Origin: a virus
Lineage: Duplodnaviria > Caudoviricetes
Strand: one strand, 5' to 3'
Length of the DNA: 36,234 bases
IMG/VR virus record: IMGVR_UViG_3300037286_000125
Coordinates: 1 to 36,234 of that record
Shown: positions 1-9,256 of the stretch, piece by piece
Layout of the letters: each line of letters begins with the position of its first letter
Position numbering within the stretch: the first letter of the stretch is position 1
Translations under genes and position numbers: made by a program
Notes under the pieces: model-generated
The model's database searches: none
Seen by the model: the letters and a program-made list of their open reading frames with translations, nothing else
What the model was told of the DNA's origin: nothing

Positions 1-173
1 GCCCAACTGATGCAATGTTCTTCCTTTAGGAGTATAGTGAGTTTGAATTTGCCATATTTGTTATCTTCTCCTTGGATAATATAAATTGAAAAAGGGTACT
101 ATAATATTTAGTTGGCAATTTGGAAAATAAATTGAGGCACACCCAAAGATAACTTAAAGTTGCTAGCGTAAAC

Positions 174-209
174 CAAACCCAAGCACCTCTATCTAAGTGC
201 TTGGGTTTG
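174..209 (-). terminator. Stem-loop, probable terminator of the 1274->213 accessory operon
   Basis: Perfect 13-bp stem CAAACCCAAGCAC / GTGCTTGGGTTTG with a 10-nt loop, 3 nt after the stop at 213. The U-tract is weak. Confidence 0.6.
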
Positions 210-212
210 ATT

Positions 213-704
213 CTATTTCCCATAAAGTATGAATTCTAGATATTCTTTCTTGTGTTTGTCAATGAACACCACAAGGTCGAAGTAGTCATTAGTGTATGCT
301 TCTCGCTGGACACCATAAATATCAAACATGCTATATTTACCAGAATCCCTGATGTCCAAAATCTGGTCCCTAAGCTTGTCCGTTATGAGTCCTGGCTCAG
401 CATAGTAGGTCGCATAGCGGCAAAAATTATAACCTTCAGATTCACAAAGCACCCCATCCTTAGCTCCTTCAGCCTTGATATAAATGCAGTGGTAGACGCC
501 ATTGGTGTCCACATACATGGCATGTAGGTTCTGCTCAATGAAAGGATAGTCGTCAAGAAGGTTATTAGCGAAGTCGTCGTACTCAGCTTGGGTAAGCTCC
601 ACTATCTCCTCGATGACAAATTGGCTGCCTTCAGAGGGCTTTGTGGCCCTCGATTTGAGCTCTGTAACATCAACTGGCTTCCTTAAGAACACTGCCTTAG
701 CCAT
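213..704 (-). CDS. Phage protein with C-terminal DUF5049-like domain (apparent two-domain fusion)
   Basis: C-terminus 'DKLRDQILDIRDSGKYSMFDIYGVQREAY...KEYLEFILYG' resembles DUF5049. N-terminal part carries 'GVLCESEGYNFCRY'. Overlaps the upstream stop. Confidence 0.7.
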   Translation of the reverse strand: MAKAVFLRKPVDVTELKSRATKPSEGSQFVIEEIVELTQAEYDDFANNLLDDYPFIEQNLHAMYVDTNGVYHCIYIKAEGAKDGVLCESEGYNFCRYATYYAEPGLITDKLRDQILDIRDSGKYSMFDIYGVQREAYTNDYFDLVVFIDKHKKEYLEFILYGK

Positions 705-921
705 TGCGCTTTCCTCCCCGTATGCCTTCGTAGTTGAAGTTGCCCTTCCTTATCTCTGCATTCTCGGCCTCAACCGCCTTCTTGTAGTCCTCGTCCTTCA
801 TTTCCTTCTGCCAACATTCCATGCATATGCAGTCTGTGTTGAACATTGACATTATCCTTCCATCCTTGAGTTCCTTGTGGCACCTGTCACAGCGTGTCTG
901 AGTGAAAAACCTGTCTCTCAT
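697..921 (-). CDS. Small Cys-rich (CxxC...CxxC) phage protein
   Basis: CDRC and CMEC motifs; 4-bp overlap with the upstream gene; SD upstream. Confidence 0.75.
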   Translation of the reverse strand: MRDRFFTQTRCDRCHKELKDGRIMSMFNTDCICMECWQKEMKDEDYKKAVEAENAEIRKGNFNYEGIRGGKRNG

Positions 922-1274
922 CTTTCTTCCTCCAGCTCTTCCAGGGCACTATTAAGTTCCTCAAGGATGTTGCTTGCATACTTCTGAGCAGTGATATTCA
1001 CCCTCGTGCCAACAATCCCCAGGTCACCTTCAACCATCTCGATTAGACCTTTCACCAGTTCAACCGCTTTGATGTTCTCAACCTTAATTCCTGTAGGGTG
1101 GAGCTTTCTGAATGTACCTTCTTCGATTAGACTCTGAAGCTCTGTCTCGCTGTACATCATCACATCCTCATCCGGTTCGCTTACATTCTCAAGAATGAAG
1201 TCGCTGCCCCATTTGCCGATGATCTTGCAGGTTCTCTTGTCATTCTTTGTGATTAGGAAATCACCCTTTTGCAT
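918..1274 (-). CDS. Hypothetical phage protein
   Basis: 118-aa ORF with AGGAGG SD; first gene of a three-gene coupled operon. Confidence 0.75.
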   Translation of the reverse strand: MQKGDFLITKNDKRTCKIIGKWGSDFILENVSEPDEDVMMYSETELQSLIEEGTFRKLHPTGIKVENIKAVELVKGLIEMVEGDLGIVGTRVNITAQKYASNILEELNSALEELEEER

Positions 1275-1301
1275 ACATAACCCTCCTGATTATCTTGTTA
1301 T

Positions 1302-1340
1302 TACATATATCACTCTAAAAGCTGTATATAGCAAGTTAAT
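1302..1340 (-). promoter_or_regulatory. Bipartite promoter-like motif A, copy 1 (ATTAACTTG-N16-GAGTGATATATGTA)
   Basis: Both boxes and the 16-nt spacer length are identical to copy 2 at 3815-3853; lies just upstream of an SD. Confidence 0.7.
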
Positions 1341-1355
1341 CTTGAGATTTGTGTA

Positions 1356-2954
1356 TTAGTTTAGCACCAGGATCCCGCGATCATCATAAACGCTCGTTTT
1401 TCGTTCTGAACGTAGTGAACGATCAAGAGCCATGATTGTTGCTACAGCACCATCAATTTTTTCAGTACTCTTTTCTTTATCAGGTTTGATATTTCCTGCA
1501 GGATCGGTTCTGATGAAGATATTATCCATCATCCATCGGAGTATAGGATGTCCACCATGGGCTAACTTAGTCTCTAGAGTCAGTTTCATCAGTTCTTTAG
1601 TCGGTGGTGCCATGTCTTTGAATCCTTGGCCGAAGGGGACTACAGTGAAGCCCATTCCCTCCAAGTTTTGAACCATCTGCACAGCTCCCCACCGGTCAAA
1701 TGCGATTTCTTGGATGTTATACTTCTCGCCTAGTTTTTCAATGAATGATTCAATGAAGCCGTAGTGGACTACATTGCCTTCAGTGGTCTGCAGGAAACCT
1801 TGCTTTTGCCAAACATCATATGGTACATGATCTCTCCGGACTCTAAGTTCGATGTTTTCTTCTGGCATCCAGAAGTAGGGGAGAACGATGTATTTGTCGC
1901 TTTCGTCTTCCGGCGGGAATACCAAGACAAAAGCAGTAATATCTGTTGTACTTGAGAGGTCAAGCCCACCATAGCACAGACGACCTTCCAGTTCTTCGAG
2001 GTTCACTGGAAAAGAGCATTTATCCCATTTGTCCATTGGCATCCAACGTACGGCCTGTTTGACCCACTGGTTAAGTCTCAGCTGCCTGAAGCTGTTCTCT
2101 TCGGCTGGATTTTGCTTAGCGCTCTCACAGGCGGCCTTGACCTTGTCAATGCCTACAGTGATACCAAGGGATGGGTTTGCCTTTTTCCAGACCTTGGGAT
2201 CTGTCCAGTCGTCTGTCTCAATAGCTCCGAAGATGACCGGATAGAAGGTCGGATCTATTTTTCTACCATCTAGTATGTCCAGAGCTTTTTGATGAATTTC
2301 GTAACAGATACTGTTTGTGTCGTTGCCGGCAGTGGTAATTAGAAAATATAAAGGCTGCATCCTTGCGTCACCGCTACCTTTGGTCATAACGTCAAAGAGC
2401 TTTCTATTTGGTTGCGTATGAAGTTCGTCAAACACGACTCCGTGGGTATTAAATCCGTGTTTATTGGAAACGTCAGCAGAGAGCACCTGATAAATACTCC
2501 CAGTTGGGAGATAGATCAGCCGTTTCTGGGAATCCAGTATCTTCACACGTTTAGAAAGTGCCGGGCATAGTCTAACCATGTCAGCCGCCACATTAAAGAC
2601 GATGGAAGCTTGGTTGCGATCTGCTGCGCATCCATAAACCTCAGCCCTCTCTTCATCATCACCACAGGTGAGGAGCAAAGCCACGGCGGCAGCAAGCTCC
2701 GATTTGCCCATTTTCTTAGGTATCTCCACGTATGCAGTGTTGAACTGCCTATAACCATTTGGCTTCATTGTACCGAAAACATCACGAATGATTTGCTCCT
2801 GCCAATCTATAAGTTCAAACGGCTTTCCTGCCCATGTTCCTTTAGTATGGGATAGGCATTCGATAAAACCGACCGCATAATCCGCTTTTGCTTTATCATA
2901 ATTGCTATCCTTTTTCATAAATTGGGTCGGCTTATACTTCTTAAGCTTTCGAAT
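1356..2954 (-). CDS. terL: Terminase large subunit (start probably ATT at 2954; first ATG at 2918)
   Basis: Walker A 'IPKKMGKSE', Walker B 'VVFDELH', nuclease 'GGLDLSSTTD', C-terminal 'KIDGAVA'. The N-terminal RKLKKYKPT lies upstream of the ATG. Confidence 0.95.
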   Translation of the reverse strand: MRKLKKYKPTQFMKKDSNYDKAKADYAVGFIECLSHTKGTWAGKPFELIDWQEQIIRDVFGTMKPNGYRQFNTAYVEIPKKMGKSELAAAVALLLTCGDDEERAEVYGCAADRNQASIVFNVAADMVRLCPALSKRVKILDSQKRLIYLPTGSIYQVLSADVSNKHGFNTHGVVFDELHTQPNRKLFDVMTKGSGDARMQPLYFLITTAGNDTNSICYEIHQKALDILDGRKIDPTFYPVIFGAIETDDWTDPKVWKKANPSLGITVGIDKVKAACESAKQNPAEENSFRQLRLNQWVKQAVRWMPMDKWDKCSFPVNLEELEGRLCYGGLDLSSTTDITAFVLVFPPEDESDKYIVLPYFWMPEENIELRVRRDHVPYDVWQKQGFLQTTEGNVVHYGFIESFIEKLGEKYNIQEIAFDRWGAVQMVQNLEGMGFTVVPFGQGFKDMAPPTKELMKLTLETKLAHGGHPILRWMMDNIFIRTDPAGNIKPDKEKSTEKIDGAVATIMALDRSLRSERKTSVYDDRGILVLN

Positions 2955-2980
2955 ATGCGGTCACCTCCAATATTTTCTGA

Positions 2981-3005
2981 AAACAAAAGAAGCCTTGTGG
3001 CTTCC
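2981..3005 (-). terminator. Rho-independent terminator after the 232-aa gene
   Basis: GAAGCC-4-GGCTTC hairpin followed by TTTTGTTTT on the minus strand. Confidence 0.55.
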
Positions 3006-3089
3006 TTTGATAATATTTCAGTTTTACGTTTCTTATGATGTGATTTGTAATATCTTCATAAGTTGGTACTTAGCTAATGAACTAAGCTG

Positions 3090-3788
3090 TTATTCAAACT
3101 CATCTTGCTTAGCTTCACCATTCTTATAAGCGGAGCTACCAGAAAGTTTTGAAAGAAGTATCCTGCGCTCGTTCTTGTATTCAACACCGATGAAACCAAG
3201 TCTTAGTAAGAAGCATCGGAATGCGTATTTTTCATTTTCCACATTCTTTGATATTGCAGTAACTCTTTTTTGTTCCTTAGCAAGTTTGGTAAGGGAAGTG
3301 ATGAAAGCTGAGTAGGCTTTGATTTCCTCAGGGCTTACCGGGAAGGCGAACCAGTGGAAGCTTACTTTATCTTCAGTAATCTCAAGGGGCAGACTCTCGA
3401 CTCCCAAGGCGCTTTTAATGAGTAACTCTTTGCTTTCAATAAGCTTTTTCAGGTTATCAAGGGTAGCGTCCGTGAAGGTTGCCCTAGGGAGTTCGATCAC
3501 AAGCCCATCGGGTTTATCATTATCTGGTGAAGGATTATTTCTCATCGTGCTTCCTGTAATTTCAGCTTCAAAGCCTTGTTCTACAAGCCTCTCAATAAGT
3601 AACTCCAATTGGCTTTGATCGACTTCATCATTGAATAAAAGCTCGCCGCTTCTTCCAATGGTATAGTTGCCCACCTGGAAAGCACAGGATGGGACCCCTA
3701 GGTATTTAAGAGGGGATTCTGTGATTTCACTAATGAGCTGAACTAGGCGCTTACGTTCTGTACCTTGCACATTAAAGTTGATTGTCAT
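3090..3788 (-). CDS. Conserved phage protein (family often labelled 'virulence-related protein')
   Basis: 'YLGVPSCAFQVG' and 'ENEKYAFRCFLLRLGFIG...RRILLSKLSGSSA' motifs; strong SD AAGGAGG. Confidence 0.75.
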   Translation of the reverse strand: MTINFNVQGTERKRLVQLISEITESPLKYLGVPSCAFQVGNYTIGRSGELLFNDEVDQSQLELLIERLVEQGFEAEITGSTMRNNPSPDNDKPDGLVIELPRATFTDATLDNLKKLIESKELLIKSALGVESLPLEITEDKVSFHWFAFPVSPEEIKAYSAFITSLTKLAKEQKRVTAISKNVENEKYAFRCFLLRLGFIGVEYKNERRILLSKLSGSSAYKNGEAKQDEFE

Positions 3789-3814
3789 GATATAAACCTC
3801 CTTTTTCTTGGTAG

Positions 3815-3853
3815 TACATATATCACTCCAATCAAGTGTAATATCAAGTTAAT
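3815..3853 (-). promoter_or_regulatory. Bipartite promoter-like motif A, copy 2
   Basis: Same boxes and spacing as 1302-1340; upstream of the SD of the 3788 gene. Confidence 0.7.
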
Positions 3854-5114
3854 TCTGTAATTTTTCAGACTTATCATCAGAGTTGATTTCCAGATCCCTG
3901 TATGCAATTCTACTTCCCTCCCGCAGGAGAAAAACCTGTGTATTTGAACCTGTTTGTTCAATGAACCTTTTTACAATAACATCACAAAATTTTTCGTCCA
4001 ATTCGTTGGTGAAGCAGACACGATCAGTTTGCTCACAAGCCATCATGGTTGAGCCTGAACCCCCAAAAGGATCCAGGACAATGCACCCTGACATGCTGGA
4101 ATTTATGATGGGATAAGCCATAAGAGCAACAGGCTTCATCGTTGGATGGTTCCCGTTTTTCTTTGGCTTGTCATACTCCCAGATGGTTGACTGCTTACGG
4201 TCTGAGTACCATATATGCTTTCCTTTTTTCTTCCAACCGAAGAGAACTGGCTCATGCTGCCATTGGTAAGGGGAGCGGCCTAGAACAAGACTTTGCTTTT
4301 TCCAAATGCAAGTCCCGGACAAGTAAAAACCAGCCTCCGCAAAGGCTTTCCTGAAGTTTAAGCCTTCTGTGTCAGCGTGGAAAACATAAATCGAAGCATC
4401 CTGCGCCATTACTTCCTCCATGTTCTTGAAGGCATCAAATAGGAAGGAGTAGAATGCTTCATTGCCTAAGTTATCATTTTTGATCTTACCTGCTGATCCT
4501 TCGTAGTTTACATTGTAAGGCGGGTCCGTGACCACAAGATTGGCCTTTTTGCCATCCATCAATACTCTGTAAGTTTCGGACTTCGTGCTGTCACCACAGA
4601 CAAGTCTGTGCCTACCAAGAAGCCACACATCTCCAGGTTTTGTGATAGCTGGTTTTTGAAGCTCTGCATCTACATCAAAGTTGTCCTCTTCAATATCATT
4701 CTCATCGGTCATGAGTTTATTAAGTTCAGCAGGCTCAAAACCAAGTAGATCCACATTGAAATCCATGCCCTGTAGGCCTTCAATCTCGAGTCGCAAGAGT
4801 TCTTCATCCCAACCTGCATCTTCAGCATAACGATTATCGGCTATAATATACGCCTTCTTTTGAGCTTCGGTCAGGTAATCCGCAAACACACATGGCACTT
4901 CAGTGAATCCTTCTTCCTTGGCCGCAAGGAGACGTCCATGTCCAGCTATCACACTTAAATCGCGATCAACAATAATTGGGTTAACGAATCCGAACTCTCG
5001 AAGGCTCGAGCGCAACTTAGTGATCTGCGCGGGCGAGTGGGTCCTTGCGTTATTCACATAAGGTACCAGTTTCTGAATAGCAACTAACTTCATGTCACTA
5101 GTTGTCTTGCTCAA
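3849..5114 (-). CDS. ParB-like N-terminal domain fused to N6-A/N4-C DNA methyltransferase
   Basis: 'PYVNNARTH...GHGRL...IADNR' ParB/Srx domain, then DPPY, 'HPTMKP' and 'LDPFGGSGST' in beta-class order. Confidence 0.92.
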   Translation of the reverse strand: MSKTTSDMKLVAIQKLVPYVNNARTHSPAQITKLRSSLREFGFVNPIIVDRDLSVIAGHGRLLAAKEEGFTEVPCVFADYLTEAQKKAYIIADNRYAEDAGWDEELLRLEIEGLQGMDFNVDLLGFEPAELNKLMTDENDIEEDNFDVDAELQKPAITKPGDVWLLGRHRLVCGDSTKSETYRVLMDGKKANLVVTDPPYNVNYEGSAGKIKNDNLGNEAFYSFLFDAFKNMEEVMAQDASIYVFHADTEGLNFRKAFAEAGFYLSGTCIWKKQSLVLGRSPYQWQHEPVLFGWKKKGKHIWYSDRKQSTIWEYDKPKKNGNHPTMKPVALMAYPIINSSMSGCIVLDPFGGSGSTMMACEQTDRVCFTNELDEKFCDVIVKRFIEQTGSNTQVFLLREGSRIAYRDLEINSDDKSEKLQN

Positions 5115-6270
5115 GTTTCTTCACCGCCTCTTTTAGTTCTTTTGACTTTCCGACAATCTCCCAAGGGTAAAGGCACGATGAGAAATGGCCATAGACAGCT
5201 GTTTTAAAATACCTGGGGAATCTGAGGTTCAATAGCTCAATTATCGCTGCAGGACGAAGACACCAGACCTCCATGACTGCTCGTCTCAGTATCTCATCTG
5301 AAACCTTACCAGTCCCGAAAGTATTAATGTCGACAGCTACTGGATCCGCTTTACCAATTGCGTATGCTATGTTTACCTGACATTTTTTCGCAAAGCCGCA
5401 CCATACAATATGCTTAGCAATGTTCCTGGCCATGTAGGCTGCAGACCTATCAACCTTTGTGGCATCTTTCCCACAGAATGCTCCGCCGCCATGTGCAGCA
5501 AGTCCTCCATAGGTGTCTACCATAAGTTTTCTACCAGTGAGCCCCGTATCAGCATCAGGACCACCTACCACAAATCTACCTGAGGGATTGATCAACACCT
5601 CAGTCTTATCATCAAAAGGGAAATCCTCAAAGCATTTCCAAAGGACATGACTGTGGATTTCCTTGGTCAGTTCATCTAGAGACTTTGCGGAATCATGCTG
5701 TACAGAAACGATTATTGTTTTAACTCTTGTTGGTTTTCCATCCTTATACTCAATAGTTACCTGGGCTTTGCCATCTGGCTTTATACCTTTGATGAGTCCA
5801 TCATGTCTAGTCTCATCTATACGCTTGGTGATTCGGTTTGCCAGAACAATAGGTAACGGCAGCATTTCTCTTGTCTCATCAGTAGCATAACCATACATGG
5901 TCCCTTGGTCACCAGCCCCTTGGGAGCTGTACCAGGATTTGTCGCCATTTCTTGATTCCAACGCATTATCCACACCATTAGCAATATCCGTGCTTTGCGT
6001 GTGCACAAGAACCAATATTCTAAACTTTAGTGGATTGTAACCAATCTTTTGAAGGGTGTTTCGGACAATCCGTTTGATATCGACTTGACCGTTACAGGTG
6101 ATTTCGCCCGCTACGATAATCTTTCCCTTTGTGGCCATGACTTCACACGCCACTCTCGATGCACGATCTTCACGCAAACAGGCATCAAGCACGCTATCAG
6201 CTATCAAATCACAAAGCTTGTCGGGATGACCTTCACATACACTTTCTGCAGTTAAGAATTTTGTTTCCAT
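5098..6270 (-). CDS. metK: S-adenosylmethionine synthetase (phage-encoded)
   Basis: 'ESVCEGHPDK', 'GAGDQG', 'GLTGRK', 'GGGAFCGKD..KVDRS' signatures. Confidence 0.95.
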   Translation of the reverse strand: METKFLTAESVCEGHPDKLCDLIADSVLDACLREDRASRVACEVMATKGKIIVAGEITCNGQVDIKRIVRNTLQKIGYNPLKFRILVLVHTQSTDIANGVDNALESRNGDKSWYSSQGAGDQGTMYGYATDETREMLPLPIVLANRITKRIDETRHDGLIKGIKPDGKAQVTIEYKDGKPTRVKTIIVSVQHDSAKSLDELTKEIHSHVLWKCFEDFPFDDKTEVLINPSGRFVVGGPDADTGLTGRKLMVDTYGGLAAHGGGAFCGKDATKVDRSAAYMARNIAKHIVWCGFAKKCQVNIAYAIGKADPVAVDINTFGTGKVSDEILRRAVMEVWCLRPAAIIELLNLRFPRYFKTAVYGHFSSCLYPWEIVGKSKELKEAVKKLEQDN

Positions 6271-6271
6271 A

Positions 6272-6805
6272 TCATTTTCCTTTCCGAGCAGACAGAAGCC
6301 GCTCCATTAAATCGTCTTGAGGGGTATAGTTTGAGACATCTGTTAAGCTGTTTTCACGCACAATCGAAAAGATTTGAGCCCATAAGCTGTAAGTCTGCTT
6401 TGAAAAAGACTGCGCCATGCTGACATATGGAGAAGCAATGGGGGATCCTGTTGTTGGGTGCTTTGCCAATAGACCATATTCAGAGATGGCCTGCTCGCAT
6501 TGTATCCATCTGGCAGCGCTCATAGCGTATTGTTCAATCTGTTGTCTGGGTACCAAATGGCTACATTTGTGCTTTCCTAGCCATCCCCAAGTATCTGTAT
6601 AGATTTCATTAGCGATTAGTGGATGCCCATTCTTTTGTGTAGCTGATAACCAGTCTGCAGGTTTTGGCATTTCCGATCCGACTTCAGATGCCCCTTCAGG
6701 TAAAGGCACTATTTGAAGCTTCTTGGAATTGCCATCGAGTATCTTATCAGCTAGCGCCTTACGTGGCCTACCCCCAGCGCCTGGTTGTGGTCCTCTTTTT
6801 CCCAT
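6272..6805 (-). CDS. terS: Terminase small subunit, P27 family
   Basis: 'MGKRGPQPGAGGRPRK', 'HPTTGSPIASPYV', 'QDDLMERLL'; directly downstream of the packaging HNH. Confidence 0.88.
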   Translation of the reverse strand: MGKRGPQPGAGGRPRKALADKILDGNSKKLQIVPLPEGASEVGSEMPKPADWLSATQKNGHPLIANEIYTDTWGWLGKHKCSHLVPRQQIEQYAMSAARWIQCEQAISEYGLLAKHPTTGSPIASPYVSMAQSFSKQTYSLWAQIFSIVRENSLTDVSNYTPQDDLMERLLSARKGK

Positions 6806-6918
6806 TCACTCACCTCCAAATAAAGAGTGGGGGTTAATACCCCCAAAACTTATGGAAAAATTCACACGTGACCCCACGCCCGTTCCCCATGCAAAAAGCT
6901 GTAGAGATTTGATACCCC
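6806..6918. other. Probable cos packaging region
   Basis: HNH-terS intergenic position typical of cos phages; G-rich run GGGGAACGGGCGTGGGGT (minus strand, 6871-6888). The exact cut site cannot be determined. Confidence 0.5.
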
Positions 6919-7278
6919 CTACCGGTCATGCCAGCGGTCCCCGTCGCGCGCTGTAATGGTAGAATGACAGGGGGTACAGAGAGCCATGAGGTTGGATTCG
7001 TCATGGGTGCCTCCACGCGAGAGGGGAAGGATGTGGTGCACTTCTGTTGCCTTAGTCATTCGTCTTTGTCGGACACATTCCTCACAGAGAGGGTGGGATT
7101 CGATGAACCGGTCACGTATACGCTTCCAGGCACGGCCATATCGTTTTTTAGAGTGTGGATCCCGTTCGTATTTCTCATAACGTGCCGCTTCCTGCTTGGC
7201 ATGCTTCTCACAGAACCTCAATTCTGTCAGCTCAGGACAGCCTGGATGTGAGCAGGGTCGCTTTGGTTTCCTCGGCAT
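6919..7278 (-). CDS. Packaging-associated HNH endonuclease
   Basis: Start MPRKPKRPC after an AGGAGG SD; 'CEEC...VHHILPLSRGGTHDESNLMALCTPCH'. Confidence 0.9.
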   Translation of the reverse strand: MPRKPKRPCSHPGCPELTELRFCEKHAKQEAARYEKYERDPHSKKRYGRAWKRIRDRFIESHPLCEECVRQRRMTKATEVHHILPLSRGGTHDESNLMALCTPCHSTITARDGDRWHDR

Positions 7279-7300
7279 GGAACACCTCCTTTTGGGCATA

Positions 7301-7332
7301 GAAAAAGCCCTCGCGGTTTCCCAACGAAGGCT
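7301..7332 (-). terminator. Terminator-like hairpin between early and packaging genes
   Basis: AGCCTTCG...CGAGGGCT followed by TTTT on the minus strand. Confidence 0.55.
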
Positions 7333-7392
7333 CTCAAGATTATTTTCTGCTATCTTAATGTTCTCATAACATCGAGGTATCATTCAATGTCT

Positions 7393-7827
7393 TTAGGTGT
7401 CTTGTTTCATTAGGTCGGAGAAAAACTCCAGCGCTGCATTATGTATCTTGTAGAGGTGGCGGATGCTGTAGTCCATGCTCACAGCAATTTGCTCCCAGGG
7501 TTTATAACATAGATAGCGTAATTCCATGATGGTCTGGTACTCGTGATTGGAAATGGATTTGATGAGTTCGACAATCTCTCGCTTAAGGTCTAGTAAGTTG
7601 TTAAGGTCAGTGTTAATGTCGGACTCAAGGTCCAATATTTTGCATATGATATCCTCCATGCTGTGAAAGTTCCTTGTTCCACTGGGCGGTATATCGCTAA
7701 GGGTGGACGTTGCTTTGGTCGCCAATTCATGTAGTGATGAAACCTGCTCGATCTTGCTATTGATCCGCTGGTCGATTCTGTAGGCTTGGGACAGATAATC
7801 CTTCGCCATCTGTTGTTTCTTGCTCAT
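7393..7827 (-). CDS. DUF1492 / RinA-ArpU-like transcriptional activator
   Basis: 'AKDYLSQAYRIDQRINSKIEQ...LRYLCYKPWEQIAVSMDYSIRHLYKIHNAAL' sigma-4-like HTH; sits just before the packaging genes. Confidence 0.85.
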   Translation of the reverse strand: MSKKQQMAKDYLSQAYRIDQRINSKIEQVSSLHELATKATSTLSDIPPSGTRNFHSMEDIICKILDLESDINTDLNNLLDLKREIVELIKSISNHEYQTIMELRYLCYKPWEQIAVSMDYSIRHLYKIHNAALEFFSDLMKQDT

Positions 7828-7897
7828 AGGCTACCTCCGATTCACATATTTAAGTCACTCGGATTGGCAGCTTTTGACTCCTTTGGTTGTCCTTGAT

Positions 7898-9256
7898 TTA
7901 CAAATTCGCTTTCACTGCATCGATCAGTGCAGATTGGGTATGGTCCTTTTCCTTCAGGGCTTTCATGACCCGCTCGTCGATGGTGTCCTTGGCTATAAGA
8001 TGGTGAATGACCACAGTGTCGGATTCCTGGCCTTGCCGCCATAGCCTGGCGTTGGTCTGTTGATATAATTCCAGTGACCACGTCAGCCCGAACCACACCA
8101 GGATGGATCCGCCGCTTTGAAGGTTCAGCCCATGTCCCGCTGAAGCGGGGTGGATGATTGCGATGGGTATTTCGCCCTTGTTCCAGGCTTTGATGGATTC
8201 TGCCGTATCTAGCTTTGTAGCTTGAAACCGCTTTTGGATCCGCTCCAGGTCATGCTTGTACCAGTAGGCAATCAGAACGGACTTCCCGTTTGCCGCTTCG
8301 ATGAGATCCTCTAGGGCGTCAAGCTTTCGGTCATGGAGCTGGACGACTGATCCTTCATCGGAATACACAGCTCCGTTTGCCATCTGAAGCAGTTTGTTGG
8401 ATAAGGTGGCGGCACTTCCCGCATCGATCTCCTGCCCGTCAAGAGAGAGGACCAAATCCCGCTTCATGGTCTCGTAGGAATTCCGTTCTTTTTCCGAAAG
8501 TCGTACGGGGATCTCGTGGATTACGCATTCCGGCATTTTGAGGTAGTCGGTGCTTTTCATACTGATAGTGATGTCCGAAATAAGCCGATAAATTTCCTCC
8601 TCAGCTCCTGGCAGGGGCTTGTAACTGTATACGATCTGCTGGTTACGCTTGTCCGGTGTGAAGAAGTTGTTCCTGTAATGAGAGATGAACCTTCCGAGCC
8701 GCTGACCCAGGTCAAGGATCCCGATTTCAGCCCACAGATCCATCAGTCCGTTGCCCGATGGGGTTCCAGTCAGTCCGATAATCCGCTTCACCTTGGGCCG
8801 CACCTTTCGTAGGGCTTTAAACCTTTTGGAGCCATATGCCTTGAAAGATGACAGCTCATCGATAACGACCGTGTCGTAGTCAAAAGGGAGTCTACTCTTA
8901 TTCACAAGCCAGTCCACATTTTCCCGGTTAATGATATAGATGTCAGCTGGTTTCTTTAAAGCCGCAAGTCGATCTGCTTCTGTTCCAACTGCTACGCTGT
9001 AAGTCAGATTGCTTAAATGCGTCCATTTACTAAATTCATTTGGCCAACTCAAATAAGCGACCCTCAGCGGTGCAATTACAAGAACTCGATGCGCAACGAA
9101 GCTATCAAACAGCAAGTCATTCAGCGCAGTCAACGTAATAATGGTTTTTCCCAAACCACAATCTAGAAAAATCGCAGATGTTGGGTGTTTTTCTATGAAA
9201 TCTACACTAAACTGCTGATAGTAGTGCATACAGTCTTTACTTAGTGAATCTGCCAC
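7898..9256 (-). CDS. SNF2-family helicase (likely GTG start at 9256)
   Basis: 'DCGLGKT', 'IDELS', 'LTGTP', 'HGLNLQ', 'QTNARLWRQGQ'; SD AAGGAGG upstream of the GTG. Confidence 0.9.
   Translation of the reverse strand: MADSLSKDCMHYYQQFSVDFIEKHPTSAIFLDCGLGKTIITLTALNDLLFDSFVAHRVLVIAPLRVAYLSWPNEFSKWTHLSNLTYSVAVGTEADRLAALKKPADIYIINRENVDWLVNKSRLPFDYDTVVIDELSSFKAYGSKRFKALRKVRPKVKRIIGLTGTPSGNGLMDLWAEIGILDLGQRLGRFISHYRNNFFTPDKRNQQIVYSYKPLPGAEEEIYRLISDITISMKSTDYLKMPECVIHEIPVRLSEKERNSYETMKRDLVLSLDGQEIDAGSAATLSNKLLQMANGAVYSDEGSVVQLHDRKLDALEDLIEAANGKSVLIAYWYKHDLERIQKRFQATKLDTAESIKAWNKGEIPIAIIHPASAGHGLNLQSGGSILVWFGLTWSLELYQQTNARLWRQGQESDTVVIHHLIAKDTIDERVMKALKEKDHTQSALIDAVKANL

Noticed and set aside
26-223. 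65-aa ORF and short SD-led peptide MANSNSLYS at the left edge
   Set aside because: The ORF runs through a terminator hairpin. The nine-codon frame may be a broken gene but cannot be judged at the window edge.
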